Shown here: one piece after another, positions 49,080 through 57,828 of the stretch | Position numbering within the stretch: the stretch's first letter is position 1 | How the letters are laid out: each line of letters opens with the position of its first letter | The notes under the pieces: generated by a model | What the model saw: the letters and a program-made list of their open reading frames with translations, nothing else | Databases searched by the model: none | Told to the model about the DNA's origin: nothing | Translations under genes and position numbers: made by a program | NCBI GenBank assembly: GCA_963813265.1 | Contig: CAWEYQ010000005.1 | Span: forward strand, 21,684 to 85,683 | Direction: 5' to 3' | DNA: 64,000 nucleotides | Source of the DNA: an uncultured Solirubrobacterales bacterium | GTDB taxonomy: Bacteria; Actinomycetota; Thermoleophilia; Solirubrobacterales; Solirubrobacteraceae

Positions 49080-49394
49080 ATGGCGAATTACGTGTTCGCG
49101 TACAGCGGCGGCAGGGGTGTGGCCACCGACGAGGCCGAGCGCAACGCGCAGTATGCCAAGTGGGGTCAGTGGTTCGGAGAGCTCGGTTCGGCCGTCGTCG
49201 AGGGCGGCGCCGCGATGGGGACCGCCAAGACGGTCGGCCCGGGCGGGTCGGTCAGCGACGGCGGTTCGTGTGGGCTGACCGGCTACTCGATCGTGTCCGC
49301 CGACAGCCTCGACTCGGCGGTCGAGCTCGCGAAGGGCTGCCCGGTCCTCGAGATCGGCGGCGCGGTCGACGTCTACGAAGCGATCGCGATGTAG
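49080..49394 (+). CDS. YciI-like protein
   Basis: WGQWFGELG, LTGYSIVSADSLDSAVELAKGCP, VDVYE. Confidence 0.8.
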   Translation: MANYVFAYSGGRGVATDEAERNAQYAKWGQWFGELGSAVVEGGAAMGTAKTVGPGGSVSDGGSCGLTGYSIVSADSLDSAVELAKGCPVLEIGGAVDVYEAIAM

Positions 49395-49455
49395 CCAGCC
49401 GTGGCCTCGGGGCGCTACGTGCGGTGTGCGCCCGCGGTCAGTAGGGACTGACGCG

Positions 49456-49971
49456 TCAGGTGGTGATGATCGGCTCGAGCATGCGGTGCGGCCGACGCAG
49501 CGCGATTGCGACCGGATCCTCGCGTTGGTGTTTGCGCCCAGGTCGCGGCCGGGTGACGATGTCGGCGAGGTCCGGGGTCACCTTGCACTTCGGACACCGT
49601 GCCACCTCATCCAATTCGGTTTGGCATGGGGCGTGCACGAAGATGCGGCTGTTTGGGCGGCCGTGGTGTCGACCCCAGATCAGCAGGGCGTACACGACCG
49701 GCCATAGCTCGCGCCCGGCCGCGGTCAGCTCGTACACATAACGTCCGGCGTGGTCGGGGTCTGGCATGCGCTCCAGGACTCCGTTTTGCACCAGGCCGCG
49801 CAGCCGGTCAGAGAGGATCGCCTTGGGGATGTCGAGGTGGGCCTGGAAGTCGCTGAAGCGCCTCACGCCGTACATCGCATCCCGCGCGATCAGCAGCGTC
49901 CAGCGCTCGCCGAGGACCTCGAGCGCACCGGCGATCGAGCAGTCCTGACCGTCGTAGGTCTTGCCCAGCAT
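49456..49971 (-). CDS. HxlR family winged-helix regulator
   Basis: CSIAGALEVLGERWTLLI, RRFSDF, YELTAAG. Confidence 0.92.
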   Translation of the reverse strand: MLGKTYDGQDCSIAGALEVLGERWTLLIARDAMYGVRRFSDFQAHLDIPKAILSDRLRGLVQNGVLERMPDPDHAGRYVYELTAAGRELWPVVYALLIWGRHHGRPNSRIFVHAPCQTELDEVARCPKCKVTPDLADIVTRPRPGRKHQREDPVAIALRRPHRMLEPIITT

Positions 49972-49992
49972 GATGTGGATTGTAGCCGCATT

Positions 49993-50043
49993 GGTTCAGT
50001 GATCGAACCCAAGGTGATAGGGTTACGGTTCAATAACCGAACC
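49993..50043. promoter_or_regulatory. Two palindromic operators GGTTC-N7-GAACC
   Basis: 49993-50009 and 50027-50043 between divergent HxlR and MFS genes. Confidence 0.7.
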
Positions 50044-50059
50044 AAAGGAGGTCGGGGGG

Positions 50060-51319
50060 TTGACGCGAGCAAGTTCCCCAATCAAACGAACCGGTGTCGG
50101 GTCTGCAGCGGCCCTGTGGCCGGCGATTGCGGCGGTGCTCTTGGGTGCCGGCTGGGGGTCAAATCAATTCACGCCGATGTTGCTGATCTACCACCGCACC
50201 CTGGGGCTGGGCACGGGCACGCTCGAGGCGCTGTTCGGGTTCTACGCGCTCGGTCTGATCCCGGGGCTGCTGCTCGCAGGCCCGCTGTCTGACTCGATCG
50301 GCCGCCGCAAGGTGGTGCTGCCGGCCGCGGCGCTCTCGCTCGTGGGCAGCGTCATGCTGCTCGCTGGCGCGCACGACGTGTTGCTGCTGTTCACGGGACG
50401 GTTCGTCGCCGGGCTCAGCAACGGCGCGGCATTCGCCGCGGGCACAGCGTGGCTGCGGGAGATCTCGCTGCCGCCGGTGGGCAGCGGCACCGTGGCCGCC
50501 GTGGCGCGGCGAGCCGCCGTCGCGATGACGGCCGGCTTCGCGCTCGGGCCCCTCGTCTCCGGCCTTCTCGCCCAGTGGGCGCCGGCCCCCGCCGTGGTTC
50601 CGTATCTGCCGCACATCGCGCTGATGGTCGCCGTCCTGCTCTGGCTGCCCGCGGTTCCCGAGACGGTCGCGCCGGATCCCAGTCGGCAGATGCCGGCGCG
50701 CTTCTCAGGCCTCCGTGCGGAGCCGTTTCGCCGCGTGGTGGCACCGATGGCACCGTGGGTCTTCGCCGCCCCGGCGATCGCGTTCGCGCTGCTGCCGAAC
50801 GTGACCGGCGCGACCCGCGCCACGAACGGGATCGCGTTGACCTCGGCGATCACGGCGCTGACGGCGCTGGCCGGGGTCGTGATCCAGCCCATGGCCCGTC
50901 GTCTCGAGGCGCGCCTGACGAGCGGCCGGGCCGCCGCCACCGGGCTGCTCGTCTGCGCGGCGGGCATCGCCCTCGGTGCGGTCACCGCTCAGAGCGGCCA
51001 GATGTGGCTGCTGGTGCCGTGCGCGATCACGCTCGGCTGCGCATACGGCCTCTGCCTGGTCCCAGGGCTCATCGAAGTCCAGCGGCTTGCTGACCACGGC
51101 TCCGCCGCCGGCTTGACGGCGGCCTACTACGTGCTGACCTATCTCGGCTTCAGCGTCCCCTACCTGCTCGCCGTGGCTCACGGCCTCGCGAGCTACCCGC
51201 TCCTCCTCGCGATCACGGCGCTGATCGCGTTCGCCACCGCGGCGCTCGTGGCGCGTCGATCCTCGCCGAGGAGCCTCCACTCACCGGCCTCGGTCAGATC
51301 TCAGCCCGCCGATGGCTGA
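50060..51319 (+). CDS. MFS transporter
   Basis: GWGSNQFTP, GPLSDSIGRRKV motif A; multiple TM segments. Confidence 0.88.
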   Translation: MTRASSPIKRTGVGSAAALWPAIAAVLLGAGWGSNQFTPMLLIYHRTLGLGTGTLEALFGFYALGLIPGLLLAGPLSDSIGRRKVVLPAAALSLVGSVMLLAGAHDVLLLFTGRFVAGLSNGAAFAAGTAWLREISLPPVGSGTVAAVARRAAVAMTAGFALGPLVSGLLAQWAPAPAVVPYLPHIALMVAVLLWLPAVPETVAPDPSRQMPARFSGLRAEPFRRVVAPMAPWVFAAPAIAFALLPNVTGATRATNGIALTSAITALTALAGVVIQPMARRLEARLTSGRAAATGLLVCAAGIALGAVTAQSGQMWLLVPCAITLGCAYGLCLVPGLIEVQRLADHGSAAGLTAAYYVLTYLGFSVPYLLAVAHGLASYPLLLAITALIAFATAALVARRSSPRSLHSPASVRSQPADG

Positions 51320-52128
51320 TGCGCGATGGATGCACGGACGAGCAGCACGTCGTGGTCGGTGTGCGTGGCCGGCTCCACCCGCGGCGAGGGCGTGCGGAGC
51401 GCGACGGTTCCGTAGACGTGCTGATTTCCGGGGACCTGGTGGGCGGAGCTGTCGGTGCGGGTCCAGAAGCCGTGCGGTGCACAGGAGGAGCGACGGTTGA
51501 CGTCGCCGCCGAAGATCACGGTGCGGGCGGCGGCGCGACGGGCGAGGAGCGCCCTCAGCTCGGCACACTGGGGAGCATTCGCGGCCACCTCATCGGTTTC
51601 CCGCGAGGCAAGGTGGCCCGTGCAAACGTCGACGCGACCTCTGGTGCTGACACACAGCCACACGCGCCGCTCGGGCCCGGCCTGCGCCTCGAAAGGCCGG
51701 CTGTCGGCGCTCTCGATGACTGCCTTGGTGAGTACCGCGTCGCCGAAGAGTCCGCGGCCGCGCGGGTTGACGCAGGGGAGAGGCTTGCCGTGGTAGATCA
51801 CCCTCGAGAACCGCAGGTGGTAGCCGGTCCGCCGCGCGATCAGGACGACATCGCCGCGGCAGGCCTCGTTGAGGGTGACCGCGTCAGGGTGCGCGTCACG
51901 GATTCGGCCGATCGCCTCCTGGACCCCCGCCGGGTACTCCACCTTGACGTAGCAGCCGGCCAGACCGGACAGGCACAGGTTCATCTGCATCAGCGTGTAG
52001 GTCGAACCGGCTGACGCAGGCGCGGCGGCGGCCGCCCCCGAGGATCCGCTGCACCCCGTCAGGGCGAGGAGGAGCCCGCACGACACCGTCGCAAGGAGCG
52101 GCGCCACGGACCGAAGCCTGTCCCACAC
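51301..52128 (-). CDS. Endonuclease/exonuclease/phosphatase family putative lipoprotein
   Basis: LALTGC lipobox-like; QMNLC, LNEAC, GGDVN, TDHD. Confidence 0.78.
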   Translation of the reverse strand: MWDRLRSVAPLLATVSCGLLLALTGCSGSSGAAAAAPASAGSTYTLMQMNLCLSGLAGCYVKVEYPAGVQEAIGRIRDAHPDAVTLNEACRGDVVLIARRTGYHLRFSRVIYHGKPLPCVNPRGRGLFGDAVLTKAVIESADSRPFEAQAGPERRVWLCVSTRGRVDVCTGHLASRETDEVAANAPQCAELRALLARRAAARTVIFGGDVNRRSSCAPHGFWTRTDSSAHQVPGNQHVYGTVALRTPSPRVEPATHTDHDVLLVRASIAHQPSAG

Positions 52129-52341
52129 GTCGCGGACCCGCTCACCATCTCGGGCATCTTCGAGCGTGCGGCCATATCGGTCTACGCACGACCGTGTGCG
52201 CCTCCAGCCCACCGCTGGCCACCGATCGTTCACCGCGCAGCTGGTCATCCTGCTCGTGGTCGCTGTGTCGCGCTGTCGCTGTACGACATGTACCTGGTGC
52301 GCCGCCTGACTCGCCGGGCCGGCCGCACGGCACGGCGACTC

Positions 52342-52368
52342 TGTCACATATTCGCCGGCTCAGTTGTC
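52342..52368 (+). promoter_or_regulatory. ECF41-type promoter
   Basis: TGTCACA-N16-TGTC upstream of MFS gene at 52504. Confidence 0.65.
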
Positions 52369-52503
52369 AAGGGGTTAGAACGCAGCAGCGAGGCGACTGT
52401 GACTCCGTCCAAATCGCGGAGACGCCGAGCCAGAGGCTCGACGGCTTCGGCCTCCGGCTGCCGCAGCGAGCAGTCCCAGAGATGAAACCCCGGAGGTCGC
52501 CAC

Positions 52504-53973
52504 ATGGATTCAACAGCCGCAAACACATCGTTTCTCGCCACGCGGAACGGAAAGCTCACGCTGGCGCTGCTGTGCGGGATCGCGTTCCTTGACTTCGTGG
52601 ACGCGTCGATCGTGAACATCGCGCTGCCGTCGATCCGACGCGCGTTGCACTTTTCCGTTTCGGGTCTCCAGTGGGTCCCGAGCGGTTACCTGCTCACCTA
52701 CGGCGGGTTCATGCTCCTCGGCGGCCGCGCCGCCGACCTGCTCGGCCGACGCCGAGTCCTGGTCACCGGAGTGCTGGTGATCGGCGTTTCATCTCTCATC
52801 GGCGGGTTTGCCGACAGCGCGGGCGTGCTGGTCGCCGCACGGATGGCGCAGGGCCTCGGCGCCGCGATGACGCTCCCGGCGGCGCTGTCGATCCTCACCA
52901 CCAGTTTCAGGGAGGGCAAGGAACGAAACACCGCGCTCGGGGTATGGGGAAGTCTCGCCGGACTCGCTTCGGCGGTCGGCGTGCTCCTGGGTGGGCTGCT
53001 GACCGAGGGGCCCGGGTGGCGTTGGGTGATGTTCGTCAACCCCATCGCTGTGGTGCTCGTGCTGGGCGGCATCTACAAGCTGATCGCCGATGACCGCCGC
53101 CGCGCCCGGTTTGCCAGCTTCGACGCGCTCGGAGCCGTGCTGGTGACCGGCGGGATGCTGCTGCTGGTCTACGCGCTCGTGAAGGTACCGACGGTCGGCT
53201 GGGGGAAACCACGCACGCTCGGTGAGCTCGCCGGCGCGCTGGTGCTGTTGGCGGCGTTCGTCGCCCACGAACTGCGCCACCGTAACCCGCTCACGCCGCT
53301 GTCGATCTTCCGGATCAATGGCCTCGGATTCTCCAATGTCACCCAGCTGATCGCGTTCGCCGGCGTGCTGGCGATGTTCTTCTACCTCACCCTGTACATG
53401 CAGAACGTGCTCGGCTACTCGGCGATCCAGACCGGCGCCGCATATCTCCCGCTGTGCTTCGCCATCGGCGCGGCAGCCGGCATCTCGTCGCAGCTGCTGA
53501 CCCGGATCGGGACGCGACCGATGATCGTCACCGGTGCGGTGATCGCCGCCGGCGGTATGTACTGGCTCTCAAGGATTCCCGTCCACGGATCCTTCCTCAC
53601 CGACCTGCTGCCCGGCATGCTCGTGCTGTCCTTCGGCGTGGGGCCGATGTTCGTCGCGGTCACGACCGCGGCCAACGCCGGCGTGCCGGCCGACAAAGCC
53701 GGGCTCGCGGCCTCGCTGCTGAATGCCTCCCAGCAGGTGGGCGGTGCGCTTGGGCTGGCCATCTTCACCGCTGCGGCCACCAGCCGCACCGATCACCTGC
53801 TCGCCGCGCATGCACCGGTGGCGAACGCGCTCACCGCCGGCTTCCAGCGGGCCCTGCTCATCGGGAGCATCCTGATCCTCGCCTCGGCCGTGCTCGGACT
53901 ACGAGCCACGAACACTCGCGGTGAGGAGCCCCAGCCCGGCTCGGGGGTCCTCGCCGAGCCTGCCCGGGCGTGA
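52504..53973 (+). CDS. DHA2-type MFS efflux transporter
   Basis: DASIVNIALPSI, GGRAADLLGRRR, WRWVMFVN, QQVGGALG. Confidence 0.93.
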   Translation: MDSTAANTSFLATRNGKLTLALLCGIAFLDFVDASIVNIALPSIRRALHFSVSGLQWVPSGYLLTYGGFMLLGGRAADLLGRRRVLVTGVLVIGVSSLIGGFADSAGVLVAARMAQGLGAAMTLPAALSILTTSFREGKERNTALGVWGSLAGLASAVGVLLGGLLTEGPGWRWVMFVNPIAVVLVLGGIYKLIADDRRRARFASFDALGAVLVTGGMLLLVYALVKVPTVGWGKPRTLGELAGALVLLAAFVAHELRHRNPLTPLSIFRINGLGFSNVTQLIAFAGVLAMFFYLTLYMQNVLGYSAIQTGAAYLPLCFAIGAAAGISSQLLTRIGTRPMIVTGAVIAAGGMYWLSRIPVHGSFLTDLLPGMLVLSFGVGPMFVAVTTAANAGVPADKAGLAASLLNASQQVGGALGLAIFTAAATSRTDHLLAAHAPVANALTAGFQRALLIGSILILASAVLGLRATNTRGEEPQPGSGVLAEPARA

Positions 53974-53978
53974 CTGGG

Positions 53979-54005
53979 TGTCACAACCGGGGCCGGTGCC
54001 TTGTC
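53979..54005 (+). promoter_or_regulatory. ECF41-type promoter
   Basis: TGTCACA-N16-TGTC upstream of LUD gene. Confidence 0.68.
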
Positions 54006-54050
54006 TTGTGCGGTGCAGATGATTCCCAGACACCGAAGGAGACAACAGCC

Positions 54051-54569
54051 ATGACCACCACAACGGATCGCTTCATCGCGCTGCCCGACGACGAGACGCT
54101 CGCGGCGTCGGTGACCGGAATGAAGGAGCACGGGTTCAGCGTCGAGGTCGTCGACCACCTGGATGCCGCCCGCCGCGCGGTGCTCGCCCGCATCCCTGAG
54201 GGCGCGTCCGTCATGACCTTCCCGTCCGTGACGTTGGAGGAGACGCGGATCGCGGACGCGATCGATAACGGGGGACCGTACGACTCAGCGCGAATCAAGG
54301 GCCAATCGCTCGACCGCGCAACCGACATGCGGCAGATCAAGGCGATCATGATCCAGGCCGAGTTCGCCCTCGGCAGCGTCCATGCGATCACGCGCGACGG
54401 AACTCTCGTGATCGCGTCGGCGCTGGGTAGCCAGTTGGCGGCGTACTCCTGGGGTGCCGACAACGTCATCTTCGTCGTCGGCGCACAGAAGCTCGTGCTC
54501 GACCTCGACGCGGCGCACGAGCGGATCCACGAGCACTGCCTCGCGCTGGAGGACGCCCGCGCGTTGAGG
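54051..54569 (+). pseudogene. LUD (lactate utilisation) domain protein, 3' truncated
   Basis: ALGSVHAITRDGTLVIAS..GSQL, VVGAQKLV, LEDARA then a junction. Confidence 0.72.
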
Positions 54570-54730
54570 GTGACCGAGCGCGAGCGACTGCCTGACGAAC
54601 TGCGGCCGGCGGCGTTCGCGATCGCCTACCGGATGCTCGGCAGTGTCTCCGAAGCCGAGGACGTCGTCCGGAAGCGCTGCTGCGCGTCCATCAGACGCTT
54701 GATGCCGGCGAGCCGGTCGCATCGCCGCGC
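54570..54730 (+). pseudogene. ECF41 (SigJ-like) sigma factor N-terminal fragment
   Basis: DELRPAAFAIAYRMLGSVSEAEDVV. Confidence 0.72.
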
Positions 54731-54951
54731 GCGCCGGCCTCCGGGCGGTTCCGATCGGGGTCGACGAGGCCGGGACGCGGGTCGACAGGCTCGAGCAGGC
54801 GGACGTCGATGCGGTGGTGTTGACGCCCTCCCACCAGCACCCGACCGGCGTCGTGCTCGCGGGGGAACGACGAACCGCCCTGCTCGCCTGGCTCCGCGAT
54901 CGGGATGCGATCGCGATCGAGGACGACTACGACGCCGAGTACCGCTACGAC
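54731..54951 (+). pseudogene. MocR/GabR PLP-dependent regulator internal fragment
   Basis: VVLTPSHQHPTGVVL..RR..LLAW..IEDDYDAEYRYD. Confidence 0.75.
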
Positions 54952-55449
54952 ATCGCGCGGGCGGCGCGCGTCTCCAAGACCACGATCTACGAGCATTTCT
55001 CCGACAAGGAGGCCATCTACCTCCACCTCCACGCGACCGTCGCCGACGCTCTGGAGGGGCCGCGCTCCGCGCGTCGACTGAACGCACGGAGAACGAGCCC
55101 GACTGGCGCGCGCGCGTCCGCGACCTTGTACGCACCCGACTCGACGTCGTGGCGTCAGATCCCGCCTTCCTCGTGCAGGCGGCCGTCGAGCCCCAGGTGG
55201 CGACTGAGCGGGCGCAACACGCCCGGCGCGCCGCTGCCGAGCGGAACGCCCACTTCTACCTCGACCTCTCCGAGCAGATCGCCGTCACGACATCCGAGGT
55301 CGTGCCCATTCCCCGCCATGTCGCCTATGGCGGGATGGCCGCGGCCGTCGCGTGTCATCGGCGCCGTCGCGTCGCACGGACCGGATGCGGTCCGCGACCT
55401 CGAGGACCCGCTCAGCGACATCTGGCTACGTCTGTTCCGCGCTCCCTGA
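54949..55449 (+). pseudogene. TetR regulator lacking its N-terminus, frameshifted
   Basis: DIARAARVSKTTIYEHFSDKE; ends LEDPLSDIWLRLFRAP. Confidence 0.7.
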
Positions 55450-55453
55450 GCCT

Positions 55454-56407
55454 TCACATCTGCCGGGGTAGCCCGAAGCGGCCGACGAGGGACGGGTCGG
55501 AGAAGAACGTGAGCTCGGCGATCTGCTCGCCGCTCAGCGTCAGCACGAGCACGCCCCAGGCACGCGAGTGGAGGTATGTGCCGAACGCCGGCTGGCCGTT
55601 CGCGCGCGTCGGGCGTAGCTGCAGCGGCGCGCCGCGCGCCCTCGTGCGGTCGTCGAGGAACTCCGCGATCGGGTCGTGGCCGATGTACACCAGCGGGAGT
55701 GGCGGCATCGTCAGGCGCGCCTCATCGGTCAGCAGGGCGACGACGCGCGCGCTGTCCCCGGACTCGATCGCGTCGCTGAAACGCGCGATCAGCGCGCGCT
55801 CGGCGGGGGACTCGGGCAACGGCGCGCGCTCGAGCTTGGGCATACGCTCGTCCAGCGTCGCCCGTGCGCGCTGCAGCGCACCCTTCACGGACTGAGGCGT
55901 GACGTCGAGCATCGCCGCGACCTCCTCGTTGCGAAAGCCGAGCACGTCGCGTAGAACCAGCGCCGCACGCTGGCGCTCGGTCAGCTGCTGGAGCCCGGCA
56001 ACGAACGCGAGCTGTGTCGCCTCGCGCTGTTCGTAGCGCGCCTCGGGCCCGGGAGCGAGGTCGGGCAGCATCACGTCGGGGTAGGGCTCAAGCCAGGTTG
56101 GCTCGGCGTAGAGGGTGGGGGGCGGGGCTGCCAATGTGTCCTCCACCGCGGGCCGGCGCCCGCGTTCGCGCAGGGCGTTGAGGGACCGGTTCGTCGCGAT
56201 CCGGTAGAGCCAGGCGCGCAGCGACGCGCGCTCCTCGAAGCCGTCGAGCCCGCGCCAAGCGGCCAGCAACGTCTCCTGCACCAGGTCCTCGGCGTCCTGC
56301 AGCGAGCCGAGCATCCGATAGCAGTGCAGTTGCAGCTCGCGTCGGTATGGCTCGACGAGCGCCGCGAACGCGTGCTCGTCACCCCTCCGTGCCTGGTCGA
56401 TCGACAT
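55454..56407 (-). CDS. ECF sigma factor with SnoaL-like extension (SigG/ECF56-like)
   Basis: YRRELQLHCYRMLGS, WLYRIATN, WLEPYPD, RAALVLRDVLGF, TRANGQPA. Confidence 0.9.
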   Translation of the reverse strand: MSIDQARRGDEHAFAALVEPYRRELQLHCYRMLGSLQDAEDLVQETLLAAWRGLDGFEERASLRAWLYRIATNRSLNALRERGRRPAVEDTLAAPPPTLYAEPTWLEPYPDVMLPDLAPGPEARYEQREATQLAFVAGLQQLTERQRAALVLRDVLGFRNEEVAAMLDVTPQSVKGALQRARATLDERMPKLERAPLPESPAERALIARFSDAIESGDSARVVALLTDEARLTMPPLPLVYIGHDPIAEFLDDRTRARGAPLQLRPTRANGQPAFGTYLHSRAWGVLVLTLSGEQIAELTFFSDPSLVGRFGLPRQM

Positions 56408-56515
56408 CGCTCCTAATGACACCAGGTGAGACGCAAACGGACCGGTCCGGTTTTCGCCGGGCCGGTGTCTCGTCATGCACATGCAGGCCGACGGTCTCAC
56501 GAAAGGAGAACCGAG

Positions 56516-57142
56516 ATGGGAAAGATCGTCATTAGCGAGAACGTTTCGCTCGACGGTGTCGTCGAGGACCCGACCGGCGAGCAGGGCTTCCGGCACGGTG
56601 GCTGGTTCAGCCAGTTCGGGGAGCAGGACCGCGAGGCGTGGGTCAAGGTCGAGTTCGATGAGGCCCTAGGGGCCGAGGCGATGCTTCTCGGCCGGCGCAG
56701 CTACGAGTACTTCGCCTCACGGTTTCAGTCTCGGACCGGCGGGTGGGCAGACAGGCTGAACAGCATGCCCAAGTACATCGTGTCGTCGACTCTCGCCGAT
56801 CCCGGTGGAACAACTCGATGGTGCTGACGGGCGACGTCGTGAGCGAGGTCACGAGCTCAAGCAGCGGCTTGACGGGGAGATCGTCGTGTACGCGAGCCGG
56901 CGCTCGTGCGCACGCTGATGGAGCACGACCTGGCCGACGAGCTGCGGCTGATCGTCTTCCCGGTCGTCCTCGGGGTCGGCGAGCGGCTCTTCGGCGAGAC
57001 CACTGACAAGAAGCCGGTCCGCCTCCTCGACACGGGGACCGTCGGCGACGGTCTCGCCTACCTCACGTACGGCCTCGGCCAGGACGCCCGGTGGCCGGCG
57101 ATCACCGCTCAACCCGCGATCACAGATCGGAGCCGGATATGA
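56516..57142 (+). CDS. Dihydrofolate reductase-like (RibD C-terminal) protein, several frameshifts
   Basis: SENVSLDGVV, LLGRRSY, NSMPKYIVS, DELRLIVFPVVLGVGERLF. Confidence 0.78.
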
Positions 57143-57765
57143 CCACATCGTCAGCACGACCTTTCATCGCCGCGATGCAGGTCACGCTCGACGGCTACAT
57201 CCTCGGCCCGGACGGCGAGGCCGACTGGGTGGACTCCTGGGCCGACGGTCTCGGACTGCTGCCGGACGTCGACGCGTTCGTCCTCGGTGGCGGGATGTTC
57301 GGCGACTACGAAGAGTTCTGGGCGATGATGCTCGACGACCCCGCCGCGGTCTCCGACTGGCTCGGACGGGACCCCTATCCCCGGGAGCTCGACTACGCGC
57401 GCGTCGCCGCCACGACCCCGCACCTGGTGCTCTCGACGACGCTCAGCGGCACCACATGGCCGACGGCGCGGATCGCTCGTGACATCGACGAGCTACGCGC
57501 GCTGAAACGGCAGGCGGGCAACGCCGTCTACGTGGTCGGTGGGCCGGGCCTGGTCACGAGCCTCATCAATGCCGGGCTGCTCGACGAGCTTCGCCTGATC
57601 GTGCACCCGATCGCGGTTGGAGGCGGGACGCCTCTGTTCGGAGGGTTCGCCGAGCGGCAGGCGCTTGAGCTGCTTCGTAACGAGCCCGCGGGATCGGGCC
57701 GCGTGCACGTGACCTACCGGCTCACAGCCGCACGGGCGACGAGGGCCACGGCACACGCGGCCTAG
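57139..57765 (+). CDS. Dihydrofolate reductase-like (RibD C-terminal) protein
   Basis: QVTLDGYI, VVGGPGL, LLDELRLIVHP..GGGTPLF. Confidence 0.87.
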   Translation: MTTSSARPFIAAMQVTLDGYILGPDGEADWVDSWADGLGLLPDVDAFVLGGGMFGDYEEFWAMMLDDPAAVSDWLGRDPYPRELDYARVAATTPHLVLSTTLSGTTWPTARIARDIDELRALKRQAGNAVYVVGGPGLVTSLINAGLLDELRLIVHPIAVGGGTPLFGGFAERQALELLRNEPAGSGRVHVTYRLTAARATRATAHAA

Positions 57766-57828
57766 GCGCACCGCGAAGCGCACTCCGGTGTTCGTGCTGA
57801 CGCGCGAGGGCTGAATCGGCGGCTATAG

